Virus record (IMG/VR): IMGVR_UViG_2938655777_000006 | Coordinates: 16,983-80,982 of that record | DNA from: a virus | Taxonomy: Duplodnaviria; Heunggongvirae; Uroviricota; Caudoviricetes | Reading direction: 5' to 3' (one strand) | DNA: 64,000 nucleotides | Shown here: positions 1 through 9,935 of the stretch, piece after piece | Numbering within the stretch: position 1 is the stretch's first letter | Layout of the letters: every line of letters starts with the position of its first letter | Made by a program: the position numbers and the translations under genes | The notes under the pieces: model-generated | Database searches by the model: none | What the model was told of the DNA's origin: nothing | What the model saw: only the letters and a program-made list of their open reading frames with translations

Positions 1-2919
1 TATTTCATCTTGCTTGTCTTTAATATCTTGATTAATAGAGTTTTTTTGAGAGATTAAACTTTGACGGTTCAATTCTTCTTTTTCAAGTTTTAAAGCCTTC
101 AATACTGCAATTTCTTTGTTTGCAGCTTCTTCTGTAAATCCTGCCGCCTTCAGTCTTTCTAATCCTTCGTCAGTAATAGTAACGGCTATAGCTTTCGATA
201 TCTCATCTAATTGCTTTTTTGCTTTACCTTGAGCTATTTCAGATAAAGTACCACTGTTCACTACCTTAGTCAGATCGTTATGGGCTTTAATTAGCTTAGG
301 AAAGAAATCGATTTGTCTGTCAATTTGACTTATTTGTTGCTCTCTAGCTGAGATGTTGTCTTTTATTTTTTGTGTTTCATCTCTTTGAGCTTTTTCTGCT
401 GTTCCCATTCCAAGTGCTAGGGAGGCCAGTAAACCAATAGCTACAGATATACCCATAGTTGCCACGCTTGTCATTACAGCAGCTCTTGCGGAAGCAGCAG
501 TTTGCGCATTAATTGCTACTGTAGTTGCCTCCGTAGCTACCGTTCTTCCAACTTCGGCGGTTGCAGCAGTTCTAGAAGTAACCGCATGTGCAGCATTAGC
601 TACCGAACTGGCAGTGACAGCAGTAGTTTCAGAATTCGTAACTACGACTAATCCCTGTCTCATAGCTCTTACAACAGTCAATGAATCAATTACATTTTTT
701 ACAGGAGACTTCAAAGCAAGGAAAGCTGCACCCAACCCCACAGTAGCAGCAGTTACACCAAAGACACTTGAAGGTATCTTTGTTAAACCAATAAATAATT
801 GATCGGTTACGTCGAGTATACTCTTAATCATGCTGCGCAATCCATCGTTACCAGCAGTATTGAATATATCAATGAAAGAGGTTTTTACCTGTGATGCTTT
901 GCGAGAAATAGTATCCATCTGGGTGGTCAGATATTCTAAAGTTGAGCCAGTTGAACCGATAGAATATGCCGTACCAAGTAAGATATCACCCGGATTTAAA
1001 GATGCAGCCAATTTAGCGTACTGATAAACACCACGGGAAATAGCAGCATAAGATTGAGTTAAATCGTAGTTCTTGTCTGTAACAGCAACAGAGAGGTCGA
1101 GTAGAATATCTTCGGCCTTGCGCCATTGTTCAACACCATTAACAACTTCCTTGGTTTTAACACCTAATTTTTCAATTTCACTTACAGCTTTACCTGTACG
1201 AATAGTACCCAAAACCGTCTTCCACATGTTACCAAGGTTTTCGCCAGATAATGCAGTATTACGCATACCAGATGAAATCAGACCGTTCATAAAATCAAAA
1301 CTAACACCAGTCTCTTGAGCGATTTTACCTGTACGTTCAAACGCTGCGCCCAAATCTCTAGCAGGAGCCATGGTTTCATGCGCTACTTTACTCCAGCTAT
1401 CCAAGATCCGACCACCATATAGTTGTGCATCATTTGTATTCTTAAGTTGTACACCATATTGAGCAAGCACGGATTCCATTGATTTTGTGGCATCTTCAAG
1501 ACTCACCAAGTCAACTGTGGAGAGCATAGTAGATTGACGCACCAACGTCTGGACTACACCAACATCTTTATACATACGGCCCCAAAGACGAGCAGACTCA
1601 ATTACATCATTGATGGCAGCACCTTGATCGTGTGCAGTTTGTATAAATTGTCTCGATTGGTCATTGACCTTCTGCATATCCAAAGCGCCTTTTTGCATAC
1701 CTTGAAAGTAATGTTCATTTGTCTGAATGTATCCAGCCATATGTGTTTCAATATCAACCATACCTTTGAATCCAGCGGTAATCGATGAAAACACACTGCC
1801 GTAAACAGCGCCAGCCACTAAATGAGCAGCTATAGATTTAAAAGCATGTCCAACTTTTTCTCCAAAAGTTGCTACTTGCGTACTAGCAGATTTTGCTGAT
1901 GTTTCTAAATCTCTAAATCCTTGTTGGATTTGTTTCATCTTATTTTTCAGGTTTGCGTCATTAATGTCCAACTTTGACGCAGACGAAAGAAGAGAAGAGA
2001 GATCGGACTGATTAACACTAGAACCGTATTTTGTATTCAGCCTTTGAGCGTTAGTTTCAGCTTGTTGTTTAAAATCTCTTAAATTTTGTATTTTTTTCTG
2101 ATTTGCTTGACGTTCAGCGACCTCCTGTTGACCAAGTGAGCGAACCCACCAGTCCTGATATTCTTTACGAGTCGCCTGAATTGCATCTTGATTCTTTTTA
2201 TCGGCTGAACGTTGTCTATCTGCATTTTCCTGAATGGCTTTTTGCTGATTTGTGGCTAATTGACGTTCAGCCGTATTTACTCTCTCCATGGACTTAATAC
2301 GTCCATCGTACATCTGATTAACAAGAGACTCTTGATCTTTCAGTGTTTTAGCATGGTTGATTATTTCGTCGTACTTTTTTACAATGCCATTTTGATCAAT
2401 ATTAGCTGTAACTTTTTGTCCAGTCTCTTTGTTTTCATATGTATTTTTATAACCAACTACTTGACCTTTACCATTCTTAATAGCTTTCTCATTGGCTAAT
2501 ACATAGCCTTTTAGCTCAGATTCCAACTGCTGAATTGACTTTCGTTGTTTGTCATAAGCTTCAGTCTCTTGCTGTAATTTTAATCTATGCTCATCAACAG
2601 TTTTGTTGGTCTTAGTGATAACAGAATTATCGGCTAACCGTTGCTCTGTTATTTTTTCAATACTTCCATCTAATCTTTTATATGTAGTAGTGGTTTCACT
2701 AACAATCTTATTTTGTTGTTCCATTGCTAAATTCAACTTATTAGCAGCGGATACAAAGCTATTCATACTTGCCACAAAGCTCTTATCAATATTGATCTTT
2801 ATATTCAAACTTTGAAGGGAAGGGTGTTTACTTAGAGCCTTCAATTTTTCATTGATGTTGCCTATACTAGCTCCCATGTTTAGGTCAGCTTGCACTAAAA
2901 TCTTAAGCATATCTGCCAT
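1..2919 (-). CDS. Tail tape measure protein (N-terminal part; runs off the left edge)
   Basis: ATG at 2919 (MADMLKILVQADLNMGASIG...) after SD AAAGGAAGTG. 2919 is a multiple of 3, and the frame appears open to base 1, so it is absent from the ORF track. Ala/Thr/Gln-rich helical sequence with a TP901-like core, located downstream of tail genes. Confidence 0.88.
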   Translation of the reverse strand, partial: MADMLKILVQADLNMGASIGNINEKLKALSKHPSLQSLNIKINIDKSFVASMNSFVSAANKLNLAMEQQNKIVSETTTTYKRLDGSIEKITEQRLADNSVITKTNKTVDEHRLKLQQETEAYDKQRKSIQQLESELKGYVLANEKAIKNGKGQVVGYKNTYENKETGQKVTANIDQNGIVKKYDEIINHAKTLKDQESLVNQMYDGRIKSMERVNTAERQLATNQQKAIQENADRQRSADKKNQDAIQATRKEYQDWWVRSLGQQEVAERQANQKKIQNLRDFKQQAETNAQRLNTKYGSSVNQSDLSSLLSSASKLDINDANLKNKMKQIQQGFRDLETSAKSASTQVATFGEKVGHAFKSIAAHLVAGAVYGSVFSSITAGFKGMVDIETHMAGYIQTNEHYFQGMQKGALDMQKVNDQSRQFIQTAHDQGAAINDVIESARLWGRMYKDVGVVQTLVRQSTMLSTVDLVSLEDATKSMESVLAQYGVQLKNTNDAQLYGGRILDSWSKVAHETMAPARDLGAAFERTGKIAQETGVSFDFMNGLISSGMRNTALSGENLGNMWKTVLGTIRTGKAVSEIEKLGVKTKEVVNGVEQWRKAEDILLDLSVAVTDKNYDLTQSYAAISRGVYQYAKLAASLNPGDILLGTAYSIGSTGSTLEYLTTQMDTISRKASQVKTSFIDIFNTAGNDGLRSMIKSILDVTDQLFIGLTKIPSSVFGVTAATVGLGAAFLALKSPVKNVIDSLTVVRAMRQGLVVVTNSETTAVTASSVANAAHAVTSRTAATAEVGRTVATEATTVAINAQTAASARAAVMTSVATMGISVAIGLLASLALGMGTAEKAQRDETQKIKDNISAREQQISQIDRQIDFFPKLIKAHNDLTKVVNSGTLSEIAQGKAKKQLDEISKAIAVTITDEGLERLKAAGFTEEAANKEIAVLKALKLEKEELNRQSLISQKNSINQDIKDKQDEI

Positions 2920-2959
2920 TACGTTTAAGTCACTTCCTTTTTTTACTTTAGAAAAATAG

Positions 2960-2988
2960 AAAAAAGAAGAGACTTAATATCTCTTCTT
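2960..2988 (-). terminator. Intrinsic terminator-like hairpin just upstream of the tape measure gene
   Basis: 9-bp stem AAGAAGAGA (2964-2972) / TCTCTTCTT (2980-2988), followed by a U-run on the minus strand. Confidence 0.6.
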
Positions 2989-3412
2989 ACTGTTGTTCAT
3001 CCTTATATTCAATTTGTTCTACAATTTCACAGAAACGAACATACCAGTCTCCTTCGATACCAGTAAATTCGGTTGGGCCACGATTGATCACCGATTCTTT
3101 AACAGATAGGAGCATTGCTTTTCGTTCTTCTGTTTCATCAATCACAACTTCTTCATTATAAAGCTTGTTTAACTCAGAGAGTCGCTCATTGTCTTTCTCG
3201 AAGGTATATTTTCCGTTTTCAACAATGGGATTGTCATCTTTATCTTTAGTCACATAATCAAGGTTGATATCATCTGCATCATTTAAAAGTTCTGAGTAAT
3301 GCTCAGCAAGCAACCCTTTGAATTTAACTCTATGCCGAGTATCAGTTCGGTCTGTTTTTAGTTTATCTAGATAAGTTATAAAATTTTCAAGTTCAAATTT
3401 GTATAGTTTCAT
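2987..3412 (-). CDS. Hypothetical protein (tail region, 141 aa)
   Basis: ORF track; SD AAGGGAG precedes the ATG. Confidence 0.7.
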   Translation of the reverse strand: MKLYKFELENFITYLDKLKTDRTDTRHRVKFKGLLAEHYSELLNDADDINLDYVTKDKDDNPIVENGKYTFEKDNERLSELNKLYNEEVVIDETEERKAMLLSVKESVINRGPTEFTGIEGDWYVRFCEIVEQIEYKDEQQ

Positions 3413-3447
3413 ATTAGCTCCCTTAACATTAAGATATCTAATTGTGA

Positions 3448-3463
3448 TAAAAGGATAGTTTTA
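3448..3463. repeat. Junction palindrome TAAAA-GGATAG-TTTTA
   Basis: Matches the RTVAAA-N6-TTTBAY family; lies between the recombinase stop and the next gene. Confidence 0.6.
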
Positions 3464-3477
3464 CTGGGGATAGTTAA

Positions 3478-4479
3478 TCAAAAAATCTGATTCTTCTCAT
3501 CTTCGAAATCACGTAAATCATAAATAGATGTGGTGGAAATATCATTGTGATGTGCAACGAACTTCGAAACTATTTTAATATCCTTACCACTTTCTAAAAG
3601 ATAGGTGATACATGAATTTTTAAAAATATGTACGTTAACTCTACGCTCCAAAATATCGGAGAGAGTATTTGAACAAAAATCATCTGCCCAAGCAGGAGAC
3701 ATAGCCTTTATCTCATTACCGTATTTAGTGGTAAAGATATATTCACTTTCATAGCCACGAGAATCTACCCATTTTTTCAAATGAGGAACAACGTCTAATG
3801 GGATCATATATTGAATCGGCTTCCCATCTATCGATTTACCTTTTCCTCTTACGTTATGAGTCATAATATAATTCTTGTCTTGTTGAACTTCATAATCCAA
3901 TATTTCAGTTTTAAACTGTATAATTTCGGAGCGTCTTGCACCAACTCTAAAAGCCGTAGCCAGCCAAGCCATTCCAAGCCAGTTTTCATCTTCTTCTAAG
4001 ACGTTCATCATCATGTCGTATTCATCTTTTGTAACTTTTACTTTTTCATAGACACGGTTTTTAGAAATAGCAGGGAGACCACGAGTAAAATTTCGGAAAC
4101 TTTTGTAGTTTTCATCCTCTTCTGCAATGATGTTTTCAATGTGATTACAGAAACTTGAGATAACTGACTTTCTAAAACTTATTGCAGAGGAAGACATCTT
4201 TCTGTTATCACGGATATAGCTTAAGTACCGCAAGAAATCTCTTTTTGTAATTTTATAGAAGAGTTTATTATTCATTGAAGTAACCATGTACCAACCGAAC
4301 TGCCTAATTACACTAGTGTACTGCTTGCGCGATTGAGGGGAGAGGTCTTGTACTGAGACAAATTCCTCAGCATTAAACCTGTAGTCTTCATTGACTTGTT
4401 GCCACATTTCATCTGTTACTTCGGGCTGCTTTTTTGCAGGTTCACGTAATGTATTCTGTTTGATTTCTTTTCTTGCCAT
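3478..4479 (-). CDS. Tyrosine recombinase/integrase family protein (SPbeta YomM-like position in tail module)
   Basis: GARRSE (catalytic Arg), HIFKNS (HxxR with R>K), HHNDISTTSIY (catalytic Tyr). Confidence 0.85.
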   Translation of the reverse strand: MARKEIKQNTLREPAKKQPEVTDEMWQQVNEDYRFNAEEFVSVQDLSPQSRKQYTSVIRQFGWYMVTSMNNKLFYKITKRDFLRYLSYIRDNRKMSSSAISFRKSVISSFCNHIENIIAEEDENYKSFRNFTRGLPAISKNRVYEKVKVTKDEYDMMMNVLEEDENWLGMAWLATAFRVGARRSEIIQFKTEILDYEVQQDKNYIMTHNVRGKGKSIDGKPIQYMIPLDVVPHLKKWVDSRGYESEYIFTTKYGNEIKAMSPAWADDFCSNTLSDILERRVNVHIFKNSCITYLLESGKDIKIVSKFVAHHNDISTTSIYDLRDFEDEKNQIF

Positions 4480-4570
4480 TCACATCAAATCCTTATGTAT
4501 TATTAATGAGTATTTAAGTGAACTCATCACGGTATTTTGCAGTCATATAAACACACTCCCTATGTTTTTA

Positions 4571-4586
4571 TAAAATAGCTCTTTTA
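4571..4586. repeat. Junction palindrome TAAAA-TAGCTC-TTTTA
   Basis: Same family; its arm contains the TAA stop of the 4584..5018 gene. Confidence 0.6.
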
Positions 4587-5018
4587 CTTAACTTCCACAT
4601 CAAGTCCTTGGCGTGATAATCCCCTATGAAGAGCAGTGAAATGGGCATTTGTATTACGCAACTCTTCAGCAGTTTTTTCTACGAATGGACGAGGACGACC
4701 AGAATAAGCAAAGTCAAAATTATACCCCTGTCCAGTTTCTACAACTTGTCCAACGTTTGTAATGCCATCTAAACGTCTACTTTCCACGGTCAAAATATTT
4801 CCAACAACTGGATGTGTGATTATGTTTTCATCATCAATCAATCCACCATGATTCATTTGTCGTTCATATATGGTGGGAGAATAGACATCGTAGACTTCTT
4901 CTTTAATTTTTTCTTTCTCTATTTCCCTAACACATTGTGCCACTTCTATTTGGAGAGACTTAGTTAACTTTTGCCGCAGTAGTTTTTCCAGCTCTTTGTA
5001 ACTATTCGCTGTCGGCAT
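4584..5018 (-). CDS. HK97 gp10-like tail-completion/neck protein
   Basis: ORF track; C-terminal PRPFVEKTAEEL motif typical of gp10-like proteins; position in the morphogenesis operon. Confidence 0.6.
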   Translation of the reverse strand: MPTANSYKELEKLLRQKLTKSLQIEVAQCVREIEKEKIKEEVYDVYSPTIYERQMNHGGLIDDENIITHPVVGNILTVESRRLDGITNVGQVVETGQGYNFDFAYSGRPRPFVEKTAEELRNTNAHFTALHRGLSRQGLDVEVK

Positions 5019-5481
5019 GGGAGTTTGTCTCGGTACTATTCATTTCTTCATTTGCTTTTCTTTCAATCTCCGCAAAATTATCTGCTATTTCCTTAAAACG
5101 TTTCTCTAATTTTTTGACCTCAACCTCAGGTAATTTATTTGCAACTTCTACGAAAATGTTTGTATTCAATAAATTCTCATACACCTTAATCAAAGTCTGA
5201 AAGTCATTCTTATTGGGAATGGGGAGGTCTGTAAATTCGCGTAGCATCAAAGTAGATCCAATTTGTGACGCAATTTGGCTGAAAGTTAATTCAGTAAGTT
5301 GTGACTTTTCAATCCCTTCTACAACTTCTATTAGTCCTGTAAAGATGTTATTAATTGAACTTTCTTTAAAGTTTTGCTTAATGGTCACTTCAAATTGACC
5401 ATCCAGAATGGGATATGTTTGCGTCTGTCCCAGTTCTTTGCTGAGTTTATTCAATTCTGAAACTGTTAATTTTTTAGCCAA
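5002..5481 (-). CDS. Putative tail assembly chaperone
   Basis: 159 aa, TTG start with SD AAAGGAG; position downstream of the tail tube gene. Confidence 0.45.
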   Translation of the reverse strand: MAKKLTVSELNKLSKELGQTQTYPILDGQFEVTIKQNFKESSINNIFTGLIEVVEGIEKSQLTELTFSQIASQIGSTLMLREFTDLPIPNKNDFQTLIKVYENLLNTNIFVEVANKLPEVEVKKLEKRFKEIADNFAEIERKANEEMNSTETNSHADSE

Positions 5482-5496
5482 TAATTACACTCTCCT

Positions 5497-6591
5497 TTAT
5501 TGTGGAAATGTTTCATCCAGTACTTTAGACCATTTTTCTTCCCATCTTTTACTATCAAACGCCATTGAAACTTCTCTTGCATTCTTACCAAATGTTTCGG
5601 CTTTATCTCTATTGTGATATAAATATTCAATTGAATTACATAGATTATCTACCGTAGGCTTAATCAGTAATCCATTATATCCATCAATAATTAGATCACT
5701 TAATCCACCTACGCAACTAGCTATAACTGGTTTTCCAAATGCCTGTGCTTCAATGCAGCTCAAACTTGTACCTTCTGCACCGAGAGTAGGGATTAAAACT
5801 ATATCTGCTTGTTCGTAAGCACGATACATTTTATTCATATCAAAATGTTCCCATCGAACTCGATCTTGAGTATTTACCCATCGCTTAAATTGTTGTTCGC
5901 CTTCAATTGTTCCTCTACCTACAAAGTAAAATTCCATATCTTCGTATTTGGGGAGAAGTTTCTTAGATGCTTCAGCCGCCAACAAATATCCTCTTAATTC
6001 ATGAAGTCTGCGAGGAATAAGCACTGTAAATTTACCTTTTCCTTTTTTCTCTCTAGGTTTAAAAGCATCGGTATTGACATAGTTCGGTATGTATTCAAAT
6101 TTATCATATAGTTTTGGATATAAAGCTTTAGTCCAACCAATAGTGTTTGTATCTACAGAAACAATTTTTCCTACACGGCGGTAGCAGTCTCTAATGTATT
6201 CATTGTATCCTTTAGCGTGATACCAATCTTGAATTTCATTGTCCCACCAAATACCATGTGAAATAGCAATAGAGTTCTTTCGTGCTTCGGGAAAAGCCAG
6301 AGTAGCTACAAAATATATAGTGTAATCATAATTTTCTGTCCGTTTATGAAACTCAATTGTTAGATCTGGAAAAGATTCTTTGTCACCAATGGGGCAGGGG
6401 ATACCAGTTATTTTTACATCCTTGAAGTTCTTTACCCAAGGCGTAGTAGATGCTTGAAAAACGTCTACAATATAATTCTTTTTTCTTAATAGACGTACTA
6501 GATCAATTAAATACCTTTCGCCGCCACCCATTTGAGTATATGTTCCACTTAAATCAAAGAATTGCGTTGTTAAGAGTGCTACCTTTTTCAT
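5497..6591 (-). CDS. Glycosyltransferase, GT4 family (GT-B fold)
   Basis: Start reassigned to ATG 6591 (SD AAGGAG; MKKVALLTT). Motifs GGGERY, IPNYVN, EGTSLSCIEAQAFGKPVIAS (EX7E), GGLSDLIIDGYNGLL. Confidence 0.92.
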   Translation of the reverse strand: MKKVALLTTQFFDLSGTYTQMGGGERYLIDLVRLLRKKNYIVDVFQASTTPWVKNFKDVKITGIPCPIGDKESFPDLTIEFHKRTENYDYTIYFVATLAFPEARKNSIAISHGIWWDNEIQDWYHAKGYNEYIRDCYRRVGKIVSVDTNTIGWTKALYPKLYDKFEYIPNYVNTDAFKPREKKGKGKFTVLIPRRLHELRGYLLAAEASKKLLPKYEDMEFYFVGRGTIEGEQQFKRWVNTQDRVRWEHFDMNKMYRAYEQADIVLIPTLGAEGTSLSCIEAQAFGKPVIASCVGGLSDLIIDGYNGLLIKPTVDNLCNSIEYLYHNRDKAETFGKNAREVSMAFDSKRWEEKWSKVLDETFPQ

Positions 6592-7588
6592 CCTTTTCTC
6601 CTTTGAAAAATTCCTTAATAGCGCTGTTAATGATTTCAAATCTATCATCCCATGAATTGTTTTTGGCCATTTTTTTAGCCTTATTTTTGTATTCGTTACA
6701 CTTAGATACTTTAATTGCTTTGTGAATATTTTTTATGAATTCTTTATGGTTTCTGCTTACAAATACTACATCTTTATAATCATCCATTTCAGGAATATCG
6801 GTTGCTACCACTGGAGTACCATGAGCAAGTGACTCATAAACTTTTAAAGGATTGCTGAAGTCACTGATTTGACAGCGTTGGAAGGGGAGAAGGGTAACAT
6901 CAGCGTGACGATAATAGGCTTGAAGTTCTTGGTATCCTTTTGAACCCAAATAATGAACCCCTTTAGGCATTTCTTTAATACCCCAAGGAAGTCCAACAAC
7001 AAAAACTTGATATTTCTTCGCAACTTTCTCCATAAGTAATAGATCGCACCAATTGGATGTAAGCGCACCTGAAAATAATACAATAGGCTTATTCTTTTTA
7101 ATGAATGGAATCAAGTCTTCAGGAATAGGATAGTCGAGATCTCCTAATTCTTTAAAACAGGCATTTTGAACCAAGTGTACATTTTTATGTTGTTTACTTC
7201 TTAGTTCTAGCAGAGGTTTGGAGGCAGCCAATAAGATATCTGCCTTATTTATCATGTTGTCTTCCTCATGTTCATTTTCTGGGAAATTGTCCAGTGAATC
7301 ATAAACAACTAAGTCAGCTTTAATACTTTCTAAATCTGTATGTCGCATAGCCCAAGATGAAAAGTAAATATCAACTTTAGGATGTCTTTTTAAAAAAACT
7401 TCCCAGCTATGATAAACTTCAAGTGTATCAGAGATGCGATCACGCACTTTATCGGTTCGTTGTGTGTAGTTAACCCAATAGACCATATATCCATTCTCAG
7501 AAAAATATTTCATAAGATGATGTGGTCGCTGCTGTAATGGCTGGTCGAAATCAATTGTATTAGCATAAACAATCGTTTTTTGTTTCAT
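6554..7588 (-). CDS. Glycosyltransferase, GT-B fold (TuaH-like)
   Basis: QRPHHL N-terminal motif, VYDSLD, SNPLKVYESLAHGTPVVAT. Confidence 0.88.
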   Translation of the reverse strand: MKQKTIVYANTIDFDQPLQQRPHHLMKYFSENGYMVYWVNYTQRTDKVRDRISDTLEVYHSWEVFLKRHPKVDIYFSSWAMRHTDLESIKADLVVYDSLDNFPENEHEEDNMINKADILLAASKPLLELRSKQHKNVHLVQNACFKELGDLDYPIPEDLIPFIKKNKPIVLFSGALTSNWCDLLLMEKVAKKYQVFVVGLPWGIKEMPKGVHYLGSKGYQELQAYYRHADVTLLPFQRCQISDFSNPLKVYESLAHGTPVVATDIPEMDDYKDVVFVSRNHKEFIKNIHKAIKVSKCNEYKNKAKKMAKNNSWDDRFEIINSAIKEFFKGEKDEKGSTLNNAIL

Positions 7589-8381
7589 TTAAGAACTCCC
7601 TTAAATATTCTGGACTCATAATATGATTCGAAAACACACTTAAATCACAAAAAAGCTCAAACCCTTTGTCCTGAGCCATTTTACAAAAGTATGCATCCTC
7701 GCCTTGCGGATGAAATCCGTATTTTACTGACTTATAGACTTTGCGACTTAGCAGAATTACTGCACCTGTTAAATCAACCTCCATAATAGTGGGAGAGGAG
7801 AGGAAGGGTGCATTTTTTACCTGATTGCTAACAATATGTTCAAAGTAGCCTTTACTATTAAGTTTCATGATGTTTGGATATAAATAGGGCTTCTCTGGAC
7901 AAGTAATATGACCATTCCAAATCAATCCTGATATGATATCCTTTTTATGTTTGAGTAGATTATTAATGATATCAGGTTGAACGAGGATGTCTGTGTCTAT
8001 ATACATCAGATGATCAGTTTTAGTCTTTGACATGATATAATTCCGTAATTTACTCAAGTGATCATATATAAAATTATTTCTTACATTGACATCTCTTTTG
8101 TCTTCTGGGGTATTACGATTATATAGATCGATTCGTATGTTTTTATATATGTGCTTATTTTCCTTTTTAAATTTGTTTAGAATATCAAATGATTTATCGT
8201 TAGAATCATTTACTACAAACAATAATTCGATTCTTTCTTTTGGATAATCAATAGTATGAATATGTTGTAAGTAAACAGGAAGAATCCAAGCTCTATTTCT
8301 AATGGGGGCAGCAATTGTAACTGTCGGTGTATTTATATTTTCACTTCCTAAAATTTGTGGTTGGATAAAATACCCAACCAC
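7560..8381 (-). CDS. Glycosyltransferase, GT-A fold (GT2/Anp1-like); true start may be ATA at 8336
   Basis: IAAPIRNR, VVNDSND, LRN, DxD motif (YIDTDIL), TGAVILL, GEDAYFC. Confidence 0.88.
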   Translation of the reverse strand: MVGYFIQPQILGSENINTPTVTIAAPIRNRAWILPVYLQHIHTIDYPKERIELLFVVNDSNDKSFDILNKFKKENKHIYKNIRIDLYNRNTPEDKRDVNVRNNFIYDHLSKLRNYIMSKTKTDHLMYIDTDILVQPDIINNLLKHKKDIISGLIWNGHITCPEKPYLYPNIMKLNSKGYFEHIVSNQVKNAPFLSSPTIMEVDLTGAVILLSRKVYKSVKYGFHPQGEDAYFCKMAQDKGFELFCDLSVFSNHIMSPEYLREFLNETKNDCLC

Positions 8382-8399
8382 TTTTCAGTTTTATTCTAA

Positions 8400-9194
8400 T
8401 TACACAAGCTCATCTTCATCATAGATTGTCATTATGTATGTTTCTTTACGATCTACAGGCTTCAAAATCTCAATAGGAATATCGAACACAGAAGGGTCGC
8501 CTTCGGCAGCCATTGTCAAGTTCCAATTGTCTTCCATCTTAGCATCGAAAATATGAATCTGTGCTGCAAAATCTTCTTTTGTAACTGTATCTCGGATCAA
8601 GCAATCCAAAATAAGTTCATATGTACCCGCAAATTTATCTGAACTTACAGTAATCTGTTTAGCGGAAGCACCCGATTGAGTAGTATAGTAAGCTACAATT
8701 TTTGTGCCATCTGCGTATTCACCTGCTTTAAACGTAAGCTCTTTTCCTGAGATAGTATACTGCTTAGTTCCAAGTATTCCAGTAGAAAACTCAATTTCAT
8801 TTTCATGTACTTGGTCGGCAGTAAGAGTGTAAACGCTATTCAATCCATTTACAGGGGTAGCAGGAGTGAATTTAAGAGTAGCTTTGTCTCCAATAACCTC
8901 AAGAACATCGCGGTACTTAATAGGAACTTGTCCACTCTTAATATCATTACCAGTCATCATTGCAATAACTTCATTTGTAAAAATAGCATCTTGCAATGAA
9001 ACTTTACCGCCACGATCACCAGAAAATCCGACAATGCGGTTATTACCACGACCACCCATAGCATATACAGTGGTAGCAGTATTCTCGATTCCAGAAGTTT
9101 TAAGATTCTGAAGTTGAATCTTTGCTTTACCAGTTTTCTTATCATAAAACGTAGCAAGTGCAACCTCACGGATTGCCCAAGTATTAGGTGTCAA
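8400..9194 (-). CDS. Major tail tube protein
   Basis: TTG start at 9194 (MTPNTWAIREVA); beta-rich SPbeta-like tail tube family; position after tail terminator-type genes. Confidence 0.75.
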   Translation of the reverse strand: MTPNTWAIREVALATFYDKKTGKAKIQLQNLKTSGIENTATTVYAMGGRGNNRIVGFSGDRGGKVSLQDAIFTNEVIAMMTGNDIKSGQVPIKYRDVLEVIGDKATLKFTPATPVNGLNSVYTLTADQVHENEIEFSTGILGTKQYTISGKELTFKAGEYADGTKIVAYYTTQSGASAKQITVSSDKFAGTYELILDCLIRDTVTKEDFAAQIHIFDAKMEDNWNLTMAAEGDPSVFDIPIEILKPVDRKETYIMTIYDEDELV

Positions 9195-9212
9195 TATGAT
9201 CACACATCTTTC

Positions 9213-9926
9213 TTATTTTAATTTGTTTGCCCAGTGTATGTCAGCCATCTTTATACTCTTACCATCAAGTGTTCCAGCATAAAGAGCTGTTATTGTGTGG
9301 TGATAGTTATCGATATTGTTACTGACATACAGACCGTTGTAGATTTGATAAATATTCATTTTGTACAAATCAAAAAGGCTTAGCCCATTGTCTTTCCAAG
9401 CTAAACCCGCAACTATACTATGTAAGTCAATTTTTTCTTTTACTTTTGGTTGTTTGGCTCGGTTTTTTAAAATCATCTCTATCATCTTCTTAGCCCGTGA
9501 GTTGGCAGGTTTAAATTCAGGCTCATTCTGTATCTCTACATTATTGCCAAGTCTTATAATCTTTTGGATTATATTAAAATTACTATGATTTATTTGCCCC
9601 TTACCAATCTCAATATATACACTATCATCCGACTCTTTTAGAGTTGGACTCTCACTGAAAAACAAGAATATTGCTGCAAATGCATTAGCTTTAAACTCTT
9701 CATTGTGATAGCAGTTTGCATAAAAGATATCAAAATTCGTTACATTGTTGTCTAAGTCACTCTTTATCATGCTTTTATCTATAAGAAGAGATGCCAAGAA
9801 AGAGTTGTACAGAGACATATTTATATCAACGATTTTTTCAAGAGGGGGGATTGTTAGGTAGCCAGCTTGTTCGATGTAAATTGGTCTTCCGCCAAGCAAC
9901 TTAAAATGGATATCTAAATCATCCAA
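9213..9926 (-). CDS. Conserved tail morphogenesis protein
   Basis: ORF track, 237 aa, TTG start with SD AGGTGG; position in operon. Confidence 0.6.
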   Translation of the reverse strand: MDDLDIHFKLLGGRPIYIEQAGYLTIPPLEKIVDINMSLYNSFLASLLIDKSMIKSDLDNNVTNFDIFYANCYHNEEFKANAFAAIFLFFSESPTLKESDDSVYIEIGKGQINHSNFNIIQKIIRLGNNVEIQNEPEFKPANSRAKKMIEMILKNRAKQPKVKEKIDLHSIVAGLAWKDNGLSLFDLYKMNIYQIYNGLYVSNNIDNYHHTITALYAGTLDGKSIKMADIHWANKLK

Positions 9927-9935
9927 ATAACCACC

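Noticed and set aside
614-2815. Plus-strand ORFs of 62-84 aa in the ORF track
   Set aside because: Antisense shadows of the tape measure gene; no SD or protein-like features. The same applies to most short ORFs opposite long genes elsewhere.
3478-4479. This recombinase or the one at 26913 as the prophage integrase marking an att boundary
   Set aside because: Both are internal to phage modules; no host genes or att duplication in the window
5002-5481. Programmed tail-chaperone frameshift
   Set aside because: No convincing slippery heptamer with an extended downstream frame identified
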